A stretch of 44,274 bases of DNA from Bigelowiella natans CCMP2755 (Eukaryota; Protista; Cercozoa), in contig ADNK01000526.1 in NCBI GenBank assembly GCA_000320545.1, positions 1 through 44,274 of the forward strand. The letters run 5' to 3'. The translations under genes and the position numbers were made by a program. Under the pieces are notes generated by a model. That model saw nothing but the letters and a program-made list of their open reading frames with translations, made no database searches and was not told the origin of the DNA. The number at the start of each line of letters is the position of its first letter. The stretch's first letter is position 1. Shown here one piece after another: positions 22,611 through 32,439 of this stretch.

Positions 22611-23907
22611 AGCAGATGATCAATGTCTTGCAAGATGCCACATGTGTCGCGTGTGTGGCATCTGCCTCTTCGCATTGTCCTCGTGACAGATGACATGAAA
22701 TTTCCGAGATTTCCCACCCCACAGATGGCGCGCATCCATGTGATGGCAACACATGGCAATTTCAACTTGATGCCAGTGATTCAGAGGATGGAAGGAAACC
22801 AAGACGTTTTGGCTGTAAAGCTCTTGTCAGATCATGCGACCATTCTGTTCTTCAAAGGCGGACAGAGCAGCAGATTCAACCATTTTGTGATGCACTTTGA
22901 GGTCTTTTTTGAGTGCTGATGTTGTCGTTCGAATGGTTGGAAGTTCGTCATCTAGCAGATCGTTGCAAGATGAGACTGAGTCGGCGAAACAGATGTGCTC
23001 TGTTGTGTGACATTGTTTGGTTTTGATCCTTAACAAGTTAGCCAAAGCTGCTCCAAACGTGCACTTCTTTGTTGACGCATCTGACACGTCTCTCATGTGC
23101 TCACGTGTCATGTGCAAGCGACATTTGTGACGTGCATGCATGGCACAAACGCCTAGCTTTCAAAACTTGTCCAAAAAAGAAAAAACGTGCAGCCCCGTGC
23201 ACCATGCTAGCATGCCACTGCATGCCATCATGGTGGTGAGCTAGTGAGGTGGACATCGATGCCGATTCTCAAGTCACATGATCGATCGCCCATGTGCCCA
23301 AACAAGGCTAGAAAGCGCTGCTGTGCAGTCAGAAAGAACGCACACCGCACTGCTGTCATGGCTGCTAGCGGACAGCTAGATGGCCAACTTGACATGCATG
23401 CACGTGGTTGCGGGCGCATCTAGTGCATGGCTAGCCATGCACACAGCGCTGCTAGCTAGCTACGTCTGCAAGCTGCACGTCAATGCTGCGTGTCTCTTGC
23501 ATGTCGCATCGCATCGCAGATTGAGGAAGCTGCGCTGCTCCTGTTGGTCGATTTCAGGTAACTACCAACGGCTGTAGCTCCGACCATTTATATATTAGCT
23601 TGAACTTCGAGATTGCAGCCGAATGCGCATGCTTATCGCGTTGATGCCATGATTGCACAAATGGCAAATTTTGCATCACATGCAGTCAACTGTCCCGCAA
23701 CTGGATGCGTGCAAACATGCACATTCATGGGCACACAGCGCTTTAGGTTGATTTGATGTCTCACAATGGAACTTTGTTCTCAACACAACATTCGATGATT
23801 TTCACTTCACAACATCGGTTGAATCTGAACTCTTCATTGATGATCTTCTTCTAACTTGACATTCGCCTCCTTGTTGGTGTGATGATACTCTTACATTTTC
23901 TTTCCTA

Positions 23908-23963
23908 CAACATCTTCATTGATGACATTCTACCAACATCTTCATTAATGGCATTCTACCAAC
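23908..23963. repeat. 26 bp tandem duplication
   Basis: caacatcttcattgatgacattctac / caacatcttcattaatggcattctac / caac. Confidence 0.85.
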
Positions 23964-24041
23964 TGGACTTTTGCCACATTGTTGGTGAAACATTAGACCC
24001 TCTAATGTTTCACTTTCTACTGATGGAAATGAGGTTCGGAT

Positions 24042-25978
24042 TTAGTTTGCGCCAACGCCAGCGAAGCTGAACCCCTTCTTTTCAGCGGGTGCGGCAGGTG
24101 CTTCCTCCTTGTAAGGCACCGAGGAGTGGTGGAGGAAGATGCGTGGTTTGCCATCAGGGTTGCGCTTGTAGCCGAAGGTGTACTCAACGCGAGTCTCACT
24201 GTTGTCTGCAGCAGAGGTGAAAACGTAGTCTCCCATAGCAATAGCGACAGGACCGTTGAAGTCGAGCTGATGGTTGCGGAATACAACGTTTTTCCATCCC
24301 TTACCACCGTTGATAGCGAATCCAGCATCTTCTCCAACGTATCCGTTCTCGACAACATCGCCTCCTACGAAGTAAGACATAGCTTCTTCGCCAGTAGAAC
24401 GGAATGGATGGTCAGTGGCCTTTGTAGGCTTGAAGAGAACGTTGGTGTTGCCGTATCCGTAGAGGATTCCAGCTTGCTTGCCAGCCTCTCCGATGTAGTC
24501 TCCACCATCGAGGTAGGTCTTACTGATAGTCTGGATTGCGTTAGCCCAGTTTTTCTGGCACTCAAGGACCTCAGCTTCCGTGATAGGAGCAACCTCCTCC
24601 TTGTAAGGCACCGAAGAGTGGTGAACGAAAATGCGCACATTGCCATCGTCGTTGCGCTTGTAGCCGAAGGTGTACTCAACGCGAGTCTCGCTACCATCAG
24701 CTGCGGAGGTGAAAACGTAGTCTCCCATAGCAATAGCGACAGGGCCGTTCAAGTCAACCTGGTGGTTGCGGAATACAACGTTTTTCCATCCCTTACCACC
24801 GTTGATAGCGAATCCAGCATCTTCTCCAACGTATCCATTATCGACAACATCGCCTCCCACGAAGTAAGACATAGCCTGTTCGCCAGTAGGACGGAATGGG
24901 TGGTCAGTGGCCTTTGTAGGCTTGAAGAGAACGTTGGTGTTGCCGTATCCGTAGAGGATTCCAGCTTGCTTGCCAGCCTCTCCGATGTAGTCTCCACCAT
25001 CGAGGTAGGTCTTACTGATAGTCTGGATTGCGTTAGCCCATTTCTCCTGGCACTCAGTTACTTCCTTCAGAGTAATAGCAGCGGGTGCCTCCTAAATCAA
25101 CACACACGCACAAAGCATACAAAATAAGTTATGAGTCGCTGCAAGCAAGGTGTATCAAATTCAGGACTCACCACGTATGGCACGGAAGAGTGGTGGAGGA
25201 AGATGCGAACTTTTCCATCTTCATTACGCTTGTAGCCGAAGGTGTACTCAACGCGAGTTTCCTTTCCAGTGGTCGCACAGGTGAAAACGTAGGATCCCAT
25301 TGCAACAGCGGTGTTGCCATTCAAATCGATTTCATGGTTATCAAAGACTACATCACTCCATCCCTTGCCGCCATTGATCGCGAAGCCAGCATCCTCTTTG
25401 TAGCCATTAGTTACGGCATCGTTTCCAACGAAGTAAGACATTGCTTCCTCTCCGGTGGGACGGAAAGGATACTCAGCTGCCTTCGTAGGTTTGAATAGGA
25501 CCTTGGATTTGCCGTAGCCATAGAGCTCGGCAGCAGCATTACTTGCAGTCTTCACGTAGTCACCACCATTCAGATAGACCCTGCTGATAGACTTGATAGC
25601 ATCAGCCCATTTTCTCTGCGCATCCAAGACTTCAGCCTTCGTGACATCAGAAGCTTTAACAGGGCCAACGGTCATCTTAGCAATTGGCTTTGGAGCAGCT
25701 GGCACTGGAGCAACAGCGTTATCGCCACCAAGGAGCTTCATAGCTCCAGCACCGATAACTCCAGCACCAACGAGGGTCAGAAGAGTATCGGGATCAGCAG
25801 CTTGCACTTCAGCACGACGGCTACGTCGCGAGGTCATAGCACCGAGGAAATCTCTCGCTGCTCCCCTCCCATATTCCATACGAGGAGCATGGCGAGAGCC
25901 CGGGGCACGGCGGACAGATCGAAGCGAGAGCTGCGCCGAAGCGAGCGTAGCTACAGCCAGTGTAAAGATCACTCGCAT
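24042..25978 (-). CDS. Second iota-class carbonic anhydrase paralog (three COG4337-type domains), ~618 aa, exons 25978-25172 and 25091-24042
   Basis: An 80 nt phase-0 intron (GTG|GTGAGT...TTTAG|GAG) joins ORFs 25097-25978 and 24042-24872 into PYV-EAPAAITLKEVTEC, collinear with paralog 1. Three HHSSVPY motifs; signal peptide plus Arg-rich transit-like N-terminus. Confidence 0.92.
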
Positions 25979-26834
25979 AGAAGGCTATTGACTTGTGAGT
26001 TGTGCGTGGAGAGATGATCAATGTGGCTATCGAGCAGCTTTGCAAACTTCGACGATTCTACGTATATAAAATGCCCTATTTTTTTTCTTTCCGGAGGAGC
26101 TTCTCTCCGTTTTTGCAACAAAAGCGAACGGCGTTCAAGTCTCTTCCTATCCAGAGTTGCGGAAAAAACACATCGCTTTTATCAGCCTTGTAAAGTTTCC
26201 GTGCTGGATCCTATTTCTCTTAACGACAAGCAAAAAGTTTTTTTTTAAATATAAATTCACATATATTTTCATGTAGGAATCAAATATCCGATGTTCCCCG
26301 GAGCATTTCTAGGAGTGTAGAACCGGCTCTTCTTAAACTAGAAAATAATAAGTCTGAGCGTGTAACCATGTCGCAGGATAAAATCTTCCGCCCTTCTCCA
26401 CCCGAGTTAGTTTGTCTCCATCGGCAATAATATCTAGGAAATAATAACCGCTCTTCTTCCGTCAGAAAGAATCGAGGAAATGATGAAGGTGAGAAAACCT
26501 ATGAAAGCTCATCGTTTTTTCTGTTACGACTTGGCGCAGCTTCGGGTTGAGTTTTGTCGATGTTGTCGGCTACACTCGACGGCGCGACTCACCCCCTTTC
26601 CTTTTCCCCACGGTTTCGCGAGTCTACGCAGCAGACGCAGGTACGGGTTTTTGTTGTACCCTCAAACTCTCGGAGGCAGTACGTCTGATGGGGGATACCA
26701 ACCTCCACCATGGAGATCCTGATATCAGAAGTCGGGAAGCATCCAACCGACAATTATTGTGTTATTCACCGTACATCCGCTCATCCTGAACAGGTTTGGG
26801 ATAGAAAAAGGAATGTGACGGAAGTGCACCTGGG

Positions 26835-28019
26835 ATGTCCCATCAACTGGAAGTCAGGATGATCCGTAGTATGGTGGCAAGTGCAATTGTAGCACTCACA
26901 GCTATACGAGTGCTATCCCTCTCCACCACTTCAAAATTGAAAAAGTCTACAGGTACGGTGTCTGTGGGACATATTGAGGAAAAAATCACCAAAAATGATA
27001 TGGCACTCGCCAAGGACGTAGCGTTTTCGCTCAAGCGTGCCCCTCTTCGGTGGAAATCCGTGCAGAGTCTCGCATTCACATCAGGAGAAATAGTAGAGGT
27101 TGGAGAGTTGCAATGTCAATCGTACACGTTGCTACTGCGACTTGAACGTAATGTAAAGGATGTTCGTGCCGTGAAAAGAGTTTTCGTATACAGTCATGGC
27201 TTCCCTGACAGTAGTGTGACACCCGAGGCCATCTCAGAAGCCAAGAGGCTTGCAGCAGGTGGGGAAAGGCAGAAAACTCCCCTTTTTTTCGCATCCCGCA
27301 TGCCAAGGAAGCTATGTGAGATGGTCATGCGCAAGGCAGGACCAAACAACGCATTTGTTTGCTTCAATAGCAGAGGTATTCCAGGTTCTGGTGGTGAGTT
27401 CCATGAGAAGACCCTGACGGATGACCTAGACGATTTACATGACACCGTCGTTGCTATCAGGCAGCATTATCCCAACGCGTCTGATGTTGTGCTCTGCGGC
27501 TTATCAACAGGGGCCTTTCTGACTCTAGCGTACCTTGATAGCACACGCAGTAGCAGCTGTTCGATCCTTCCCACCTGTGCAATCGTCTTTGCCTGTGTAG
27601 ATGACATCCCAACCTCGAAGGTTCTCGATTTCACTCCGAAGCAGATATCTGACATGAACAAGAAAGGGTTTTGCACGACAGATTTCTATCCAGTGGGTTG
27701 TAATGGTGTTCCAGAGAGGAAGAGATTGGATGTTGGCTACCTCAGATCATACGACAAGTTTTGGGGCGCTACAACGATGGCCCAGCGAATCAAGACACCC
27801 GTTCTTCTAATCCATGGCACTGCTGATAAGCATGTACCATATTCGCATGCGAAGAGGCTTCTTAAGTGCTTGCAATCTCACAGCTCGCTCGGGTCAAAAG
27901 GCTTCGATCTCATCACAGTGGAGGGAGGAAATCATTTCCTCTCAAGCAAGAAACACTTCAAGCTGGCTGAAAGGGAGATTTTGAGATGGCTGTCTGCTCT
28001 CATGAGTGGATATTCGTAG
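26835..28019 (+). CDS. Alpha/beta-fold serine hydrolase
   Basis: HGF oxyanion motif, G-L-S-T-G nucleophile elbow, PVLLIHGTAD acid residue and EGGNH histidine. Hydrophobic N-terminal segment; 394 aa ORF. Confidence 0.85.
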   Translation: MSHQLEVRMIRSMVASAIVALTAIRVLSLSTTSKLKKSTGTVSVGHIEEKITKNDMALAKDVAFSLKRAPLRWKSVQSLAFTSGEIVEVGELQCQSYTLLLRLERNVKDVRAVKRVFVYSHGFPDSSVTPEAISEAKRLAAGGERQKTPLFFASRMPRKLCEMVMRKAGPNNAFVCFNSRGIPGSGGEFHEKTLTDDLDDLHDTVVAIRQHYPNASDVVLCGLSTGAFLTLAYLDSTRSSSCSILPTCAIVFACVDDIPTSKVLDFTPKQISDMNKKGFCTTDFYPVGCNGVPERKRLDVGYLRSYDKFWGATTMAQRIKTPVLLIHGTADKHVPYSHAKRLLKCLQSHSSLGSKGFDLITVEGGNHFLSSKKHFKLAEREILRWLSALMSGYS

Positions 28020-28270
28020 CACGCACTAATGACGAGACGAAAGCAAATGTGAAGCTGGTATTACATGTATAAATTTCTGCACGTATTTCTGCCCAGCTCC
28101 GAGTGTAGCCAGTAAAGAAATACCACAGCGATATGTACATCTGTAGTTGCGTCGTATATAGCCGCTGAGAATTCCGACTAATAAGGCGATGCCAGCGTAT
28201 ATATAGTATTATTTAATTGCATTCTTGTCTGTACTCTGCTAAAATATATCCTGTTTATAATGCTGCTACG

Positions 28271-28865
28271 TGTAAGACGGATGTAATGAATCAAATTAAA
28301 TTTGTTCAATGGTCATGCATCCTCATGTAGCTGTGTATGTAGCTAGATGCATATGTGTTGTGAGCTGCTAGCAGCTATAGCTAGAGGCAACGCAGACCCC
28401 ATATAAGTAGGCACAGGGGTCAGCGCAGTCCTAGCATAGATCGCTTACGTATGCATATAAAATGATCGCTCATTTGTTCACTACATGGCATCCGTCTCAT
28501 GTAAGACGGATGCAATGAATCAAATTAAATTTGTTCAATGGTATAATGGTCATCCTGTTGCTTTGTGCTAGCTAGCATTGTATAATTGTTTGCTTGTACA
28601 GATCGCTACGTTCTAGACCATGTATGAGACGGATGCAATGAAGAATTAAATTTTTTCAATGGTCATCCTGATGTAGCTGTGCAATGCAGCGGCTACAGCG
28701 CTAATGTTACATCTGTTGGTTTCTGCCACCACGTGCTTCATGCATTTGAAAGCGTCCTCATGCGACCGATGTTGCCGCGCACTGCGCGCAGCAGTTCTGG
28801 AGTCCTTTTCAGCCTTTGTCAGCCGGTTCGTGTCGTCGTTGCGATTCATGATCGCGCTCATTTGA
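28271..28865 (+). mobile_element. Cluster of three direct copies (28271, 28501, 28623) and one inverted terminus (28488-28500) of the same repeat; 28271-28500 is MITE-like
   Basis: taagacggatgtaatgaatcaaattaaatttgttcaatggt recurs at 28273 and 28502, with tgagacggatgcaatgaa at 28625 and inverted catccgtctca at 28489. A shared internal atgatc(gc)gctcatttg occurs at ~28462 and ~28848. Confidence 0.7.
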
Positions 28866-29399
28866 TTGCGCAATCTGATTTGTTCTCGAATGTGTGTTGG
28901 ACATTGCAGGAGATGACTATATATAATGAGTATATTTGTATGCGAACTCATTATGCATAATCCAAAAAACGCCACAAGAGCAGCTAGCAGACCCAGAGAC
29001 GCGCGTTGCATTGTGCACGTAGCGAACAGGCACGTGCATGCGATGCGACATTGATTCGCTAAATGAAGCGCGGTGAGCTTGGTTTCTCCAGTTGCGGCAT
29101 TCTACGTTACCCATCAAATTTAGAGGCACGACGTATGTAATGGCACCGTATGTGGAAACACTTTGCATGAATATTATGATTATTTACAATATCATTGTAG
29201 TATTCTATTGGCCATGGTGCCACCCCTTTCAATTCCATCACACCGTCTGCCTGAGAACCTCATGCAACATTGTTGCTACTGCGCTACTCTTCAGTTTTTT
29301 TCCCTCCCTGAAGTCAGACCGATGAATATTAATAAACACGCACCGAAATTCACAGGAACGAAACAATATTAGAATTGGAAATTTTGCAATATGAGTTAT

Positions 29400-30698
29400 T
29401 CGCGGGGGGGGGGGGTATTTAACCTAGAAATACACCAGATATTATAGGGAGATGGGAGCATTTGACACTGCTGCTCTCACATTCTTACTGCTACCACAAC
29501 TAAATTGATTACCATCTCAGCAAAGTTGATCTGCGAATATGAAGCCATGTGGAAGCTAGGCCGCTTGAAGACCTTTTTCTTTGGCGCATCCCCGAACACT
29601 GTGTCCGACTGATACATCAATATGCATTCGCACTCTCAATAAATTGCTCAAATTTGAAATGTATCATCGTTGGGACAAGATTGTGCTTTCCCGGAAACAT
29701 TGACGCACCGATATCTTGTGCTCTTTAATCTCTGTTCCCGTCGGATTATAGCTGCCAATGTTCACAAATGGATGATTAGTTAGTTGCGTATCTACTTCGT
29801 CTCCGCTTCTTCACTCACAGCCACGCTTACAAAGGTAGGCGCGACAGACGTAGTTTCGAGTGGTACAAGAGTTGTTATGCTTCATGTGTCAGGTTTTATG
29901 TCTAGTGGCACTCTGCTCAGTTAACATCGTTTCCTCTTGGTGTATATGCATTCATACCCGGTTATCTTTGAGGGAAGCTCATGTGCGTGTTTAAGCTCTT
30001 TCTGGAAATGCAATCCTCATCAGTTGGGTAAACAGTGACGCATAATATAGTGCATAGCAGACACTCGCCTACGCATCAACTATTATCCCTCCTCCCCCCC
30101 CCTCCCTCTCTGTCTCCTTCTTGCTCGTTCCCCTTTTATCCTATCCTCCTCTTTCGTCTCCTTTGTGCCAGAAAACTGACCTGGGCGAGGGGCACGTAGA
30201 ATGGTGTGTGAATCTGTCCTTTTCCCTTGACGTGCTTCATCCCCATCTTATAGAATTTCTTATCAGCTTTTACCTTGGTCGGCGGTTTCGTAAGCTGGAG
30301 TGTGGCAAAGGAGAATGAAATGAAATGATTGGTGGAAGTTGGAGAGAGATTACGCATATTCTTGTTGGCGTGGCCAGACTTTGATAGAAAGAACCAAAAG
30401 CCAGTGTTTCGTGATGGAAGTGGCAGTAGCAGCGGTACTACCTGCTTTCTTGTGTCGGTTGCTACTGTTTCATAAAGTCTTGGCTTGTAGTTTAGCTTGT
30501 CGCGCCGGGCTGAGACATGGGCAGAAGAAATATCGTGAATATATTATATAAATATATATATAGATATATGTATTCATATATAATGTCTCTATGTAAGGCA
30601 AGTAAGAGAAAGAAGTAGGCGGGGAAAAGAGGGAGGGGTCAATGATGCAAGTGCAACTAAAATCATAATGTACGACGTTCACTCTCTCTCTCTCTCTA

Positions 30699-30747
<49 letters not shown>

Positions 30748-31016
30748 TTCTTTGTTGCATCATTGGGCAATGACAATAACAACAATTCCTATCCCTGTTT
30801 GTAGGCCATAGTTTTTATCACCTATAGGTTTGTTCTTCGATATATCCTTGACTTTATTCTTCGTTGGCGGCTTGGCAATACCCTTTTAAAATGTGACATA
30901 AACGGATTAGCTGTGCCTTTCTACAGATATATCACAGTACTATTTCCTCATGAGGACGGTGGAATCCCTTAACCTTAAACCCCCCACGCCACCCCCTTTA
31001 TCTCTTTCTCTCTCTT

Positions 31017-31073
<57 letters not shown>

Positions 31074-31450
31074 CTTCCTTGCCTAATACACCACCTTCAG
31101 CGATGGGTTTCCTGAGATCAAACTTACTTGGGATAGAATAGCCCCGTTGTCCCGCAAAATCTAGGATAATGGAAAATAAAGATATTATTAGATTTGAGCC
31201 CTCGAAGCTAAAGGATTTTTAGATGGTGATGACAATGATGATTGTGCTAATCAATTAACGTTGAATCTCATGAGCACCTTGGTAACAGGGGGGGGAATGC
31301 AGAGAGAGGAAAACAGAGAGTACATATTGAAAATACGCACACACACACACACACACACATTTATATATCATTTCTTCTTCTTTTTTTCCCCGCTACCTTT
31401 GCTGGTTTCTCTTTTTCACGCTTGGGTAACCTTATCGATGTGATCTATTT

Positions 31451-31534
<84 letters not shown>

Positions 31535-32439
31535 GAGTTCAAAACAATTACTGATATGTGCTTGTGCACATCCAAGTGACCGACTTTCATTCTCTTCATA
31601 TCTGTCGCCATTTGTACAAACGAAAAGACACTATCGTGATTCAGAGGTGCAGCGGTATAAGTATCCCACCTTCTTGGTGAGCTGATCGTCACTCTCAGTG
31701 CGAGCCGATTTAATTGATATGATATCACGCTTGTCGTACTTGGAAAGACCCACGGAGAAGCCCTGAAATAAACCATTGCAGAAACAAATGAAGAAAATAA
31801 AATTTATCGCATCCACTTTTCATGCATCGGCATTGATGTTTCATCATCACCGCCATGATAATATTTTCCAAGCAAACATCCCCAAGATGTCCTAGGATAC
31901 ATGAAATATCACCTGGTTTGAACGCATAAACTTCATAACTTCTTTTTTGCTGAGGCCCTTCCTTCCAAAGTCAGGAATCACGCCCTTTTTTGGGAAAATT
32001 TGCGTGTTTGGTTAAATAACATTTGGCACTACACTAAAATAATTCGGCTAAAATTATCCCTTCCCATCTCTTTTCTTTCTCGATGTCATGAGCTCTATGC
32101 CTGCCTCACAGTCCGTATGATAATATCTCTTGTATGAACCGGGTGATTGGGATCGATGAGTGGGTTGCCGTTGCTGGATGGTTTGAATATTGGAGTCTTC
32201 TTTGGTTTATATCGTTTATCCTAAATTACATGACGACACGAGGAATCAGAGCACATGTAGTATTCCTTTAGATCAAATTATCCGACGAGGGAAATATTAT
32301 CAGTGACTTCCCCTCCTCAATGCACTTCCAATTTTTAAAAATTTCTTCAACGACTATTTCTCGATGTCTACTAGTGGGGGGAATGTACATTCTTGACGAC
32401 GGTGCCGATCTTTCCCGTAACAGGTTTCTTCTTCACCAT
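29400..32439 (-). CDS. Multi-exon hypothetical Lys-rich protein
   Basis: ATG at 32439 (MVKKKPVTGKIGTVVKN). Short AG/GT-bounded exons include KKGVIPDFGRKGLSKKEVMKFMRSNQ|, GFSVGLSKYDKRDIISIKSARTESDDQLTKK| and SDTVFGDAPKKKVFKRPSFHMASYSQINFAEM|. The 3' end is approximate and no family is recognised. Confidence 0.4.

Noticed and set aside
26835-28019. The hydrolase, or any gene in the window, as the mutator enzyme
   Set aside because: No deaminase (HxE..PCxxC), methyltransferase or polymerase motifs were recognised in the window.
28271-28700. CRISPR-like array from recurring ~40 nt repeats
   Set aside because: Irregular spacing, degenerate and dispersed copies in both orientations, eukaryotic context and no cas genes.
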